From the NCBI GenBank assembly GCA_030390025.1, contig JASTWF010000760.1:62001-126000 (forward strand): 64,000 nt of DNA, given 5' to 3'. This DNA comes from Squalus acanthias (Eukaryota). A program made the translations under genes and the position numbers. The notes beneath the pieces are model-generated. The model was not told where the DNA came from and did not search any database. It worked only from the letters and a program-made list of their open reading frames with translations. Positions 36,229 to 49,915 of the stretch are shown piece after piece (the first letter of the stretch is position 1; each line of letters opens with the position of its first letter).

Positions 36229-37329
36229 AGGGTTGAATTTCGGACGCCGTGGATTTTCCTCACCTGTTTATTAACATCTCTGTGTCATGAAAATAAAATA
36301 TATCCTCTTGGTGATTCTCAGAGTCAAATGTCTTCAGTTAACAGATCCGAATCTGTAGCTGAGAAAATCATAACCGGGATTTTCGTCTCTCTGAAATGTG
36401 TGAGATCATCGTGGCTATAATATAAATGTAGCTTAGAGCTTCACTGTTGTTTGAATATTTCTTGTGTAAATATGTAACATTTCTCATTCCTAATGCACAA
36501 TGTTTCCCTTGCCTTTATGTTGAGTCCCTGTTTTCTCTCTCTGGTGTCTGTTACAGTTGCACAGGCAGCTCAGACCGTCTGTGATCAGGTCTCAATGTGA
36601 CGCTCATTTGTTAGATTCACTTTGTGTTAACTTTTTAAAAACCTCTCTGTAAATTGTACTCTGTGAAATTGTTAATAAATCTGGAATGACAAATGGACTG
36701 ACTTGGACTTTGCTAAATTCCTTTCTCCTATGCTCTTCCATACAGCTCAATTTTCCCGATCACACTTTCTTTACTTCCTTGACAGGTATTTTTCACCCGT
36801 CCTGTCTGGGTTGCGTATGAACCTAAGTCCATTCGGTTAAGTAGCCACTGCGCCACCCAGTGTTCCATCAGAATAAAGACACCTTTATCTCTGCATTTGT
36901 ATGTCAAGCGGAATGACTTCACAGCGACCAGGCGCACCTCGCAGTCTCCTCCAATATTATGGTCTGTAACAGTCACATACCAGGTTCTATTAAAGAGCAG
37001 GGCTCTGCTCCATTACAGCCTGACAGAGTACATTACATGGCAGAGTAAATCTCCCTCTACACTGTTCCATCAAACACTTCCAGGGCAGGTACACACTTGT
37101 TAAATATCTGACACAGTCACACTGGGGAGGACAAACCCTGGAAATAATTCTAAGAGTCTGGGGCCTATCCGACACACAGGCTCTCTCTCCAGCTTTTCTT
37201 TTATACACACACATAACCTATCTTCACTTTTTCTGTTCTACACACAAACGGACTCTATCCACCTCTTCTGTTACACACAAAGATTCTCTCTCCGGCTTTT
37301 CTGTTATAAACACAGACGCTTCAACTTTT

Positions 37330-40300
37330 CTGTTAAACACACAGTCTCTCTCACATGTGCAGGAAGTGTCTCCAGCTGCAGCTACTCGAAATCCGCGTTT
37401 CGGAGCTGGAGCTGCGGCTGGAGTCACTGTGGAGCATCTGCGAGGCTGAGATCTTCGTGGATAGCACGTTTAACGAGGTGGTCACACCGCAGGTAAAGAG
37501 TGCACAGGCAGACAGGAAACGGGTGACCGCCAGATAGAGTAAAAGAACTAGGAAGGTAGTGCAGGAGTCCCCTGGGCCCATCTCCCTCTCCAACAGATTT
37601 TCCGTTTTGGATACTGATGGGAGAGATGGTTTCTCAGGGGAAAGCAGCAAGAGTCAAGTCCGTGGCACTACGAGTGGCTCAGCTGCACAGGAGGGGAGGA
37701 AATAGAGTGGGAGAGCAATAGTGATAGGGGATGCTATCGTAAGGGGAACAGATAGACGTTTCTGTGGCCGCAGACGTGACTCCAGGATGGCATGTTGCCT
37801 CCCTGGTGCCAGGGTCAAGGATGTCACTGAACGGCTGCAGGGCATTCTGAAGGGGGAGGGCGAACAGTCAGAGGTCGAGGTTCACATTGGTACCAACGAT
37901 ATGGGTAGAAAGAGGGATGAGGTCCTGCAACAAGAATTTATGGAACTAGGTAGCAGATTATAAAGCAGGACCTCAAAGGTTGTATTCTCTGGATTACTCC
38001 CGGTGCCACGTGCTAGTGAGTATAGGAATAGGAGGATAGAGCAGATGAATACGTGGCTAAAGAGTTGGTACAGGAGGGAGGGCTTTAGTTTCCTGGATCA
38101 CTGGGTCTGCTTCTGGGGAAGGTGGGACCTGTACAAGTCGGACGGGTTGCCCCTGAACCGGAACGGGACCAACATCCTTGCGGGGAGGTTTGCTTGTACT
38201 GTTGGGGGGTGTTAAAACTAACTTGGCAGGGGGATGGGATACGGAGTGGAGCTATAGTAGGGGGTGATGCACAGCCAAATATAGAGGAAAAAACAAGTCA
38301 GCCTGGAAGGCAGAGCAAATATGTAACGGCACAAGGGTGTATGGCAAGGCTGGATGGCATTTATTTTAATGCAAGGAGTCTTGCGAGTAAGGCAGATGAA
38401 TTGAAGGTGTTGATGAACACATGGGAGTATGATATTGTTGCTATCACAGAGACATGGTTGAGGGAGAGGCAGGACTGGCAGCTCAATATTCCGGGGTATA
38501 GAATCTTCAGGCGAGACAGAGGGGGGTGTAAAAGAGGAGGGGCTGTCGCAATATTAATCAAGCAGTCAATTACTGCTGTAAGGAGGGATGATATCTTAGC
38601 AGGTTCCTCTAATGAGGCCATATGGGTAGAACTTTTAAAAAAAAGGGGGCAAGCACTTTGCTTGGAGTGTACGCCCTCAAACAGTCAGGGGGAGATGGAG
38701 GAACAGATATGTAGGCAAATCTCAGAGAAGTGTAGAAATAATAGGGTAATAATAGTAGGGGATTTGAACTTCCCCAATATTAACTGGGATAGTCAGAGTG
38801 TGAAAGGCTTAGAGGGTGCGGAATTCTTAAAGTGCATCCAGGAGAGCTTTTTGAGCCAGTATGTAGAACGTCCTACAAGAGAGGGGGCGGTACTGGACCT
38901 AATTCTAGGGAATGTAGCCGGGAAAGTGGTATAGTGTCAGTAGGAGAGCATTTTGGTGACAGTGACCATAATTCGGTGAGATTTAAGGTAGTCATGGAAA
39001 AGGACAAAGATGGACCAGAAATAAAGGTTCTAAATTGGGGGAAGGCCGATTTTAATATGATAAGGCAGGATCTGGACAAAGTGGACTGGGATCAGCTACT
39101 TGTAGGAAAATCCACATCAGAGCAGTGGGAGTCTTTCAGAAAGGAAATAGAGAGAGTACAACGCCAGGGGGAGATCATGTCTGACCAATTTGATTGCATT
39201 TTTCGAGGGGGTGACTAGTGTGTGGATGAGGGTAGTGCAGTTGATGTAGTCTACATGGACTTCAGTAAGGCTTTTGACAATGTCCCGCATGGGAGACTGG
39301 TCAAGAAGATAAGCGCCCATGGGATTCAGGGCAATTTGGCACATTGGATCCAAAATTGGCTTAGTGGTAGGAGGCAGAGGGTGATTGTCGAAGGTTGTTT
39401 TTGTGACTGGAAGCCTGTGTCCTGTGGTGTACCGCAGGGATCGGTGCTGGGTGCTTTGCTGTTTGTAGTGTACATTAATGATTTAGATATGAATGTAGGA
39501 GGTTTGATCAGTAAGTTCGCAGATGACACGAAAATTGGTGGAGTGGTAAATAGCGAGGAGGGAAGCCTCAGGCTGCAGGACGATATAGACGGGTTGGTCA
39601 GATGGGCAGAACAGTGGCAAATGGAATATCACCCTGAAAACTGTGAGGTGATGCATTTTGGGAGGACTAACAAGGCAAGGGAGTAAACAATGAATGGTAG
39701 GACCCTAGGAAGGACAGAGGTTCAGCGGGACCTTGGTGTGCATGTACATAGATCCCTGAAGGCAGCAGGACAGGTAGATAAGGTGGTTAAAAAGGCCAAT
39801 GGGATACTTGCCTTTATTAGCCGAGGCATAGAATATAAGAGCATGGAGGTTATCATGGAGCTGCACAAAACGCTAGTTAGGCCACAGCTGGAATACTGTG
39901 TGCAGTTCTGGTCGCCACACTATAGGAAGGATCTGATTGCATTGGAGAGGGTGCAGAGGAGATTCACCAGGATGTTACCTGGGCTGGAGCGCTTCAGCTA
40001 TGAAGAGAGACTGGACAGGCTGGGGTTGTTCTCCTTAGAGCAGAGAAGGCTGAGGCGGGACCTGATTGAGGTGTACAAAATTATGAGGGGCACAGATAGG
40101 GTAGATAGAAAGGAACTTTTCCCCTCAGTAGAGGGGTCAATAACCAGGGGGCATAGTTTCAAGGTAAGGGGCAGGAGGTTTAGAGGGGATTGGAGGAAAA
40201 CTTTTTCACCCAGAGGGTGGTTGGAATCTGGAACTCACTGCCTGAAAGGGTGGTAGAGGCAGGAACCCTCACAACATTCAAGAAGCATTTAGATGAGCAC

Positions 40301-40434
40301 TTGAAACGCCATAGCTTACAAGGCTACGGACTAAGTGCTGACAAATGGGATTAGAATAGACAGGGCTTGATGGGCGGCGCAGACACGATGGGCCGAAAGG
40401 CCTCTTTCTGTGCTGTATAACTCTATGACTCTAT
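37330..40434 (+). mobile_element. Long degenerate CR1 LINE (ORF1 esterase-like, ORF2 endonuclease and RT, internal deletion near 39165)
   Basis: ORF1 CRKCLQL..IGDAIVRG..CLPGARVKDV..HIGTND; ORF2 [42 protein letters not shown]; (ctatgact)n tail. Confidence 0.95.
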
Positions 40435-41327
40435 GGGGTAGAAATTAGGTCGCGCCCCATTTGGGGCGCAAATATCGTCCGGACGCAAATATTAGCGCCT
40501 GGCGCTAATTATCGGCACTGACTGGAAACTTCACTTTTACCGCCCCGGGAGGTGAGAGGAGCGCTAAATCAGGCGCTGCACACCTGTCTTAAGGCGCAAA
40601 GGCCGAGCAGTGAGGCGCTAACTCGGAGCGCTGGCGAAGCTCATGTAATGTCAGTCAGCAATGGAACACACACACAATGGCACGGGCCAGTTCTTAAAGG
40701 GGATGGTTAATCTTGCTTTCCATCCACATCCTGTTCATTGCAGCCTTGAATCTCGGCCTGGAGAGACTTGCACATCAAATTTGCTGGAAAGAACAATGGA
40801 GAGCACCAGGCAAAGAGCTCAGAGTGCAGCTCCCACGGTCTCTGCTAAATCGATACAAGGAATGGCAAATCAAAATGAACCTGCAAAGTGCTGCTCAGTA
40901 CCCAAAACTCCTTCACACAACGTTGAATCTCTCCAGAAGTCTCTCCCTCTCTCTCTCAGAATGCGTAGTTCAAAAATGCCTCCAACAATAAAAGACAGGA
41001 AGAGGCCCCCTTTAAATAGCGCCCCCCTCAGCCCCACAGCGATTGATAGCGTTCCAGTCTTCTGGTCGTTGGAAGCGCCAGGCGGTAAGGCAGGGGGCGC
41101 CACTCAATTTCCGCTATGGGGCGCCCCAAGGGCGTTGCACCATGGAATGACGTCACAATCTGTGCGCGCAGGTGGTCGCAGCGGTAAGTTTTAGCGCCGC
41201 CGCACAATCTCAAGTTAAGTTCTCGAGCGGCGCAAACATCACTGCGCCCGGGCGTTAGCGGCTTTGCGCCCCATTAGCGCCCTCTTAAGGCGCTAACGGG
41301 TGGCGCAACCAAGTGAATTTTTACCCC
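40435..41327. mobile_element. Non-autonomous DNA transposon (PIF/Harbinger-like MITE)
   Basis: Terminal inverted repeats GGGGTAGAAATT and AATTTTTACCCC, a 3-bp TAT duplication on both sides, and GC-rich subterminal regions. Confidence 0.7.
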
Positions 41328-41774
41328 TATGACTCTCCCCACCTATTCTGTTATATACGCACACAGACACCCAAGACAGAGAGCAAAGAAGGAGAGGCTG
41401 TATTTGAGGGAGACGAGATAAGGGATCACGCGGTGTACACAGGTATATTTGAAGCCTTCTGCACCCGGTGGGCACCGCTGGATAAAGGTTGCGTGATAGA
41501 CGATCAAAATCAAATTCTGATGGAATATCAAACTAGTTTTGTTCAAGCCAAGTGGGCGAGTGGAGCCCTCCTCTCGGGGAGGGCGCTATAGAATGTCTTT
41601 TTGTTTTGAATTCGCCCCTTTAATGGAGTCCCGTGTCCAAATGGTTCACACAGGCCAATAAAAGAGTAGGCCCAGCACCGGGGTAACCACTTCCAACCCG
41701 TCTCCAATCTGAGCCACACCCATTTACTCTGACGCTCTGTCTCCTGTTACCCTGACGGCCTTTCTCCTTGCTCA

Positions 41775-42187
41775 CCTCCATTCCCTCTGAGATCATCTTC
41801 CTGAATTCACTGAACATCACCCCAGTGATCCTTTCTCGCAGTTCTGCTCCATTCCCTCTTACAGCATCTCCCTGAATTCACTGAACATCACCCCAGGGAT
41901 CCTTTCTCCCTGCTCTCCTCCATTCCATCTGATACCATCTCCCTGAATTCACTGAACATCACCCCAGGGATCCTTTCACCCCGCTCTCCTCCATTCCCTC
42001 TTACACCATCTCCCTGAACTCACTGAACATCACCCCAGGGATCCTTTCTCCCTGCTCTCCTCCATTCCCTCTTGTACCATCTCCCTGAACTCACTGAACA
42101 TCACCCCAGGGATCCTTTCTCCCTGCTCTCCTCCATTCCCTCTTACACCATCTCCCTGAACTCACTGAACATCACCCCAGGGATTCT
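41775..42187. repeat. ~70-bp tandem repeat (tccattccctcttacaccatctccctgaactcactgaacatcaccccagggatcc..)
   Basis: About 6 copies. One more unit lies at 44329-44395, beyond the CR1 insertion. Confidence 0.9.
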
Positions 42188-44328
42188 TTCATAGAAACAT
42201 AGAAAAATAGGAGTAGGCCATTCGGCCCTTCGAGCCTGCTCCGCCATTCAATATGATCATGGCTCTCTCCCCATACCCCTTGATACATTTTGTGTCTAGA
42301 AATCTATCTATCTCCTTCTTAAATAAATTCAGTGACTTGGCCTCCACAGTCTTCTGTGGTAGAGAATTCCACAGGTTCACCACCCTCTGAGTGAAGAAAT
42401 TTCTCCTCATCTCAGTCCTAAATGTCCTACCCCGTATCCTGAGACTGTGACCCTTCATTCTAGAGCCCTCAGCCAGGGGAAACATCCTCCCTGCATCCAG
42501 TCTGTCTAGCCCTGTCAGAATTTGATACGATTCAATGAGATCCCCTCTCATTCTTCTAAACTCTAGTGAATACAGGCCTAGTCGACCCAATCTCTCCTCA
42601 TACGACAGTCCTGTAATCCCAGGAATCAGTCTGGTGAACCTTCGCTGCACTCCCTCTATGGCAAGTATATCCTTTCTTAGGTAAGGAGAACAAAACTGCA
42701 CACAGTACTCCAGGTGTGGTCTCACCAAGGCCCTGTATAACTGTAGTAAGACATCCTTGCTCCTGTACTCAAATCCTCTTGCAATGAAGGCCAACATACC
42801 ATTTGCCTTCCTAACTGCTTGCTGCACCTGCATGTTTGCTTTCAGTGACTGGTGTACAAGGACACCCAGGTCCCTTTGTACATTTGTACTTTGTACCTCA
42901 GCATTTCCCAATCTAGCACCATTTAAATATTACTCTACCTTTCTGTTTTTCCTACCTAAGTGGATAACTTCACATTTATCCACGTTATACTGCATCTGCC
43001 ATGTATTTACCCACTCACTCAACTTGTCTAAATCGCCTTGAAGCCTCTTTGCATCCTCCTCACAATCCCACCTAGTTTCGTGTCGTCAGCAAACTTGGAA
43101 ATATTACATTTGGTTCCCTCATCCAAATCATTGATATATATTGTGAATAGCTGGGGCCCAAGCACTGATCCTTGCGGTACCCCACTAGTCACCGCATGCC
43201 ACCCCGAAAAAGACCCATTTATTCCTACTCTCTGTTTCTTGTCTGTTAACCAATTTTCAATCCATGCCAGTATATTACCCCCAATCCCATGTGCTTTAAT
43301 TTTGCACACTAACCTCTTATGTGGGACTTTATCAAAGGCTTTCTGAAAATCCAAATACATCACATCCACTGGTTCTCCCTTATCTATTCTACCGGCTACA
43401 TCCTCAAAAAACTCCAGTAGGTTTGTCAAACACGGTTTCCCTTTCATAAATCCATGTTGACTTTGTCTAATCCCTTTGATATTTTCTAAGTGTCCTGTTA
43501 TCACATCCTTTATAATAGAGTCTAGCATTTTCCCTACTACTGATGTTAGGCTAACCGGTCTGTAGTTCCCTGTTTTCTCTCTCCCTCCTTTTTGAAATAG
43601 TAGGGTTACATTTGCCACCCTCCAATCTGCAGGAACTGTTCCATAATCTATAGAATTTTGGAAGATGACAACCAATGCATCCACTATTTCCATGGCTACC
43701 TCTTTTAGTACTCTGATATGCAGATTATCAGGCCCTGGGGATTTATCAGCTTTCAGTCCCATTAATTTCACCAGCACCATTTTTTTACTAATACTAATTT
43801 CCTTTAATTCCTCCTTCTCACTAGACCCTTGGTTCCCTGTCATTTCTGGGAAGTTATTTGTGTCCTCTTCCGTGAAGACAGAACCAAAGTATTTGTTTAA
43901 TTGCTCCACCATTTCCTTGTTCCCCATTATAAATTCTCCCGTTTCTGATTGTAAGGGACCTACATTTGTCTTCACTAATCTTTTTCTTTTTACATACTTA
44001 TAGAAGCTTTTACAATCCGCTTTTATGTTCCTTGCAAGTTTACTCTCATACTCTATTTTTCCCCTCTCAATCAATCTCTTGGTCCTTTTTTGCTGAACTA
44101 TCAACTTCTCCCAATCCTCAGGCTTGCTACTTTTTCTGGCAACTTTATATGACTCCTCTTTGGATCTAATACTATCCGTAATTTCTTTTGTTAGCCATGG
44201 TTGGGCCGCTTTTCCTTTTGTGTTTTTGCGCCAGAATGGAATGTATAACTGTTGCAATTCATGCATTCGTTCCTTAAATGTTAGCCATTGCCTATCCACC
44301 GTCATGCCTTTTAATGAAGCTCCCCAAT
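42188..44328 (-). mobile_element. CR1 LINE ORF2 (RT) fragment, 5'-truncated
   Basis: ORFs 43028-44344 and 42189-42911 contain [30 protein letters not shown] and FADDTK. Confidence 0.96.
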
Positions 44329-44957
44329 CCCTGCTCTGCTCCATTCCCTCTTACACCATCTCCTTGAACTCACCGATCATTACCCCAGGGATCCGCCAGT
44401 GACCTTCAGATCTCCGCTCCCTGTTTCCCTGCAGTGTTGCTCCACGCCCTTCACCGGATCCTTGGACTCTTTCGGTGCCTCCCGGTCCCGGGAATACCTC
44501 CAGAGGTTTCTGGCCCGACTCGAGTTTTTTCCGGCAGTCTCCTGCTGATGCGGCGCTGCTTTCTCTCTAAACTCCTGGATTTCAGGCGCGAGGTTCCCTG
44601 TGGTTGAATATCAGATCGGGTTGAGGGACGATAGAATAAGGCGGCCCTTCTGAAGGGCTGGGAAGGAAGATTGCAAATGGATGGAGTTGCTATTTAAACT
44701 ATGTCTCTGTTTCAATCTCTCCCTATCCCCTCTAAGCGACTTTTAATTTCCCCGAGCACCTCAATACATTAAGTATTCGATTTTGAAGGAATACACGGGA
44801 TGAAATAACACTCACAGACAGAATATGGGAACCAGATCGTGTCCTATTACCGGAACGGCCAGCCGGATGTTCCTGGCGCTGTCAGCAACCTCTTTCTCGG
44901 AGCTGATTTGAACATCGGTCCATGACTTTAAGGGAAAACAGTTGAGGAAAAAGGAAG

Positions 44958-46225
44958 ACATGGAATGGAATAGAATCCTTACAGGAAGCGGGGTGGGAGG
45001 AAGTGTAGTCCATGTAGCTGTGGGAGTCAGTAGGCTTATAGTATATTGTTCCATTCTCCCAGTTTCTCCATCTCCGCCGCATCTGCTCTGACGATGCCAC
45101 CTTCCATACAAGTGCTTCCTATATGTCTTCCTTTTTCCTCAACCGAGGATTCCCGTCTACTGTGGTTGACATTTCCTGCACTTCTGCTCTCACCCCTTCC
45201 CCTCCCTCCCAGAACCACAATAGGGTTCCCCTTGTCCTCACCTTTCACCCCACCAGCCTTTACATTCAATGGGTCATCCTCTGCCATTTCCACCACCTCC
45301 CGTGTGATCCCACCACCAAACGCATCTTCCCCTCCCCTCCACTTTCAGCATTCCGAAGGGACCGCTCCCTCCGCGACATCCTGGTCCACTCCTCAATCAC
45401 CCCAACACCCCTTCCGCTCCCCACGGCACATTCCCGTGCACGTGCAGGAGATTCAACACCTGCCCGTTTACCTCCTCCCTTCTCACTTTTCAGGGCCCCA
45501 AACACTCCTTCCAGGTGAAACAGCGATTTACTTGCACTTCTTGCAATTTAGTATACTGTATTCGCTGCTCACGATGCGTCTCCTCTACAACGGGGAGACC
45601 AAACGCAGATTGGGTGACCGCTTTGCGGAACACCTCCGTTCAGTCCGTAAAGGTGACCCCGAGCTTCCAGTCGCCTGTCACTTTAATTCTCCGCTCCACT
45701 CCCACTCTGATCTCTCTGTCCTCGGCCTCTTACACTGTTCCAACGAAGCTCAACGTAAGCTCGAGGAACAGCACCTCATCTTTCGATTAGGCACTTTACA
45801 GCCTTCTGGACTCAACATCGAGTTCAACAATTTCAGATTATAGCCTCGGCCCCTTTTTAAAAAATATTTTCCCTCACATGGCAGCTGTTGATGATTTCAC
45901 CTCATCTAGAATCATCTTTTCTTTCTTAACTTGTCCAATTACCATCTCCTTTTGCCTTGCACGATCATCCCTTTTGTCTTTTAATCTCTCCTGCCTTCCA
46001 TCCTATCATAGACCTTCCCTTTTGTTCTTTCCTCCCCTCCTCCCTTTCCCTGCCCCTACACTTGCTTAAAAATTTGTTACATCTCTAACTTTTTCCAGTT
46101 CTGATGACGGGTCATCGACCTGAAACGTTAACTCTGTTTCTCTCTCCACAGATGCTGCCTGACATGCTGAGTATTTCCAGCATTTTCTGCTTTTATTTCT
46201 GATTTCCGCCGTATTTTGCTTTTGT
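44958..46225 (+). mobile_element. Penelope-like retroelement fragment (RT C-terminus and GIY-YIG endonuclease) with an inverted 5' piece
   Basis: FTCTSCNLVYCIRCSRC..YNGETKRRLGDRFAEHL..PVACHFN. The piece at ~44958-45045 encodes YYKPTDSHSYMDYTSSHP on the opposite strand. Confidence 0.85.
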
Positions 46226-46723
46226 GTTTGTGTGAGAAATTGTATGTTTACTCATTAACCTGTCTGCAGTTTCTGTTTTTGGGAAACTGGGTTGGAGCGG
46301 ATTTGAATGGATATCCCTAAAAGAAACAAAGACTTTACAGCGTTAAACTAAAGACTGGAAAAATGGAAATTCATACGATTATGGGTAAAACGTGGAGACG
46401 GGGGACGAGAAGAGACAGGGAGGCACGGAAAGGGCATTGGAAGAAAGAAGTTCGTTAAGGCGGCACAGATGCAGTTGCAATGTATATTTTTTATCATGAA
46501 TGCGAGGTGAAATCACCAACTAATATAATTACGCCAGGGGACCTCTCCTCTTGTTGCTGAGCATTGTGACTTGTCGCTGATTTAAGAATCTCCCTGTGAC
46601 TCTCACTGTGGAGGCGGAATTATCGCTGCTGGTTATCGGGGTGAGAGCGCCCTCTGGTGAAACTAACTAGAACTCTCAGTGCGGATTTTTGTACGGGATC
46701 CGCTATATCTCTGCAACAGTGTG

Positions 46724-47214
46724 GGGCTCATGGCACAGAAATACACGGCGGTGTCGAAAATCAGGGCGTTGCTGATCGTTAGCTCGGTAATCTTGGTAGT
46801 TTTATTAAACGAAGAAGAGAATTGGTCAGTGAAGTTTCAGTTTACTCTCCCTGCAATAATATAAACCAAGTACTGTGGAGGCTGCCCGGGGTGCTGACTG
46901 TACCAGAACACATAAGAGTTAGTGTAGCTTGTTTTCAAAGTGCAGGTTTGTGTGACATTACTTTCCTCTTCAACCATCATTTCAGGGACCGGCTGTTCCA
47001 CTGTTTCTTGGTGGCTCCATTCTAACATAAAATAATAGTCATAGTCACCATCATCATCATCTCAATCAACATAATCATCATCATCACCATCAGCATTTCA
47101 CCAATAATAACACCTGGGTTACAGCAGTCAGGGGGAGAATGGATTTTTACTGGGAAATAAATACTTACTGAGAAGTGATATATTGATCAGGAGTTGTGCG
47201 AGACGGTTCCGCAT
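46724..47214 (-). pseudogene. TRAV/TRDV: TCR alpha/delta V pseudogene (leader 47214-47169, V exon 47021-46724, in-frame TGA at 46839-46837)
   Basis: ETVEQP..TQTC..VFWYSQHPGQPPQYL..RVN*NFTDQFS..FDTAVYFCAMSP. RSS CACACTG with a 24-nt spacer and ACAAAAATC. Confidence 0.9.
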
Positions 47215-47956
47215 AATGCTCCCTGAGTCTGTAACTCTGCTGTCCGGGAAATCCTCTGTCGGAGCAGAAATACAGATCGCCGCCCCATTGCACTGCTGAA
47301 CCAACCAATGCCAAACAGGGAACTGCGGCAGCAATCTCTCCAATAACACAGGGCAGGCAAGGCGGGTCAGAGCGAGAGCAGTAAACGGAAGCTGTGGGCG
47401 GTGCAGGCGCGGGCAGTGTTGTCACACGTAGGATCCACCTGTGAGGATCTGAATTCAATAATAATGGCCCCTTCGGAAATTATGTAACTCTGCCTCTGTA
47501 GAAGGGCTGCGTTACTTTCACATTCGTCACAAATTCGGGCAAGCAGGCTCGCGATAGGAATTGCAGAATTATTATATTATTCAATAGTTAACAAAATATT
47601 CGGCAGCGATGTGCGTTAAAACCAGGGGCTGAAACTAGCGGAGAGAAGTAGAACAAAATGGCAACTGAACCAAATGTTCTGGAGAAGCACATCTCGTTTC
47701 CACTCAACTAACTTCTGAAATTATGAAGCTGTAAATGAATGTAAAACATTAATAAGCATAAATCTGAGCTCAAAAGCAATTTCACGTTAATTTATAATAG
47801 AAAAAGTCAGTCAGTATTGGTTGATGTACGGTGACCGACTGTGGGAATCCGCGCTCTGTCAGCGCCACCTGCTGGCCGAGTTTAAAGTATCTCCTTTGAG
47901 CTGATCTCACAGATCACGGTTACTGTACGAGGTGTCCAGAGACCCTTCTCACTGTG

Positions 47957-48908
47957 GGCCTCAGTGCACAGTAGTACACGGCGCTGTCAGAAAGCTGCAG
48001 CTCAGTCAAGTTGCAAACACTATTAGTTTTAGACTTTTCCAGAATGACAGAGAAACGACCGTTATCTTCGTCCTTTCCAAAGGAATGTGCCTGAATTACG
48101 AAAGTGGGAACCTTGTTCTGGCTCTGACGGTAAATCTGCAGGGAATAAATCGAATCTGACGATGAATAGTTACAATTAATGCGCATCGAGGTTCCTTCCA
48201 GATATTGGGCTTCTGTTGGCCACTGATCGACGGAGTCTCCAGAACTCAGTCCTGCAGAAAACATTCCTGGTTACCAATGGAAACAGAGTGAAGAACAGAT
48301 CACACGTTTCTCTGTCTTCAAGAATATATCTGTCCATCTCTCTGTGTGTACACAGGGAGACAAAGAGACAGGAAGAGATAGTATCGCTTTAATGGTTAGA
48401 TAAAGATAGATGGACAGGTTGATAAACAAACAGACAGACAGAGAGGCTTAGAGACGGAGAGAAAGGCAGAAAGATAGGCAGAGGGAAAGACATAGATACG
48501 GAGGAACCAACAGAAAAACAGTCAGATAGATAGATAGACAGACAGTCAGAGAGACAGACAGAGAAAGACAGACAGAGAATGAGACAGACAGGCAGACAGA
48601 CAGAAAATTAGACAGACAGGTGGATAGACATAGAGATCGATGAATAGAAGAGAGGGAGGGAGACTGAGAGAGAGAGAGACAAAGAGAGACAGAGAGACAG
48701 AACGAGAGAGAGAAACAAAGAGAGAGAGAGAGAAAGGGAGAGGGGGACTGAGAGACAGAGAGAGAGAACTAGGCAGACCTAGGGGTTGCTGACTAGCAGA
48801 CAGTGGTGTCAATAGTTAAATGGACAAACAGACGCAGCTGTGTAAATAAATAATCTAACCAAATAACAACGTTGTTAGGCCCCAAACAAACAAAAACCCA
48901 AACTCCAT
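47957..48908 (-). CDS. TRAV/TRDV: TCR alpha/delta V segment, open frame but lacking the conserved Trp (leader 48908-48860, V exon 48251-47957)
   Basis: MEFGFLFVWGLTTLLF|GLSSGDSVDQ..INCNYS..LQIYRQ..DSAVYYCALRP. RSS CACAGTG-23-ACAGTAACC. Confidence 0.88.
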
Positions 48909-49419
48909 AATGTCCGCAGTCTCCCCGCACTGGGAGCCCACACTTCACCCGATGCCTCCTCTTAGTTGCAGCTCTCGGAATGAAGGGGAAGAATTTGAAA
49001 TGTTCCGTCAGCGCACGGAGTCCAGTCATTTTCTGAATCAAGCCAAGAGCCTGGTTTCAATGAGCTGTCACTGATCATTGTCGCTGTCTGTGTTCATCAT
49101 CACTGCCTGCGGCCCCGGCACACAGGGTCCCGGACATCTGATCATCCGGTCCCGGGAATGAGTAAAGATTCTGTCTGACCGTTACTGGCCTCACACACAA
49201 TATCCTGGACACATCCCGGAATTGCTCGGAAAGGGGGAAACCCTTCGGACTGAAGCTTATTCTTCAAAAAGATTCTCATTTTAACGGTGTTTTGAAACCG
49301 ACGCTCAATCGATTTTAGGGTTTTCTTGTTGATAGAACATGTTCCATTTAATAGAAATGAAAATCAGACACGATGTTGTGGCAATGTCACAACCTCGGAG
49401 TTTAACCTCGAGCCTTTTT

Positions 49420-49915
49420 GTCTGTGTGCTTTTCTGTCTGTATTTTGGAATGTGAATGTATGTGTCTGTATGTGTGGTTATGTGCTTGTGTCTGTGTGTG
49501 TTTATCTGTCTGTCTCTGTTTATCTGTGCATGTTTGTCTGTGTGTCGGTATGTGTGATTCTCTGTGTTTGTGTTTGAAGTGCTCGAAGTGAGGTTTGCAC
49601 AGGACACAGGAGGGCGCATGCTGATCATTTGTTAAAGATCTTTCATCTTAAGCAACACAACTGAATATACATAAATATCCTCCACAACATATCAACTAGT
49701 TGTGTGCATCTCGGTTTATGTCGTGTGTGTATGTGTGTGTATGTGAAGGGGTGTCTGTGTCTCTATGTATATGGTGTCTGTGCGTGTGTGAGTGTGTATA
49801 TGAAGGGTTTGTGTGTGATGTGTGTGTGTGTGTGTCTATCTGTGTATGGGTCTCTGTGTGTGTATGTGTATGGCTGTCTGTGCATGTGTGTATGTGTATA
49901 TGGATATCTATTTGT
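49420..49915. repeat. TG-rich microsatellite-like region
   Basis: Directly visible. Confidence 0.85.
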
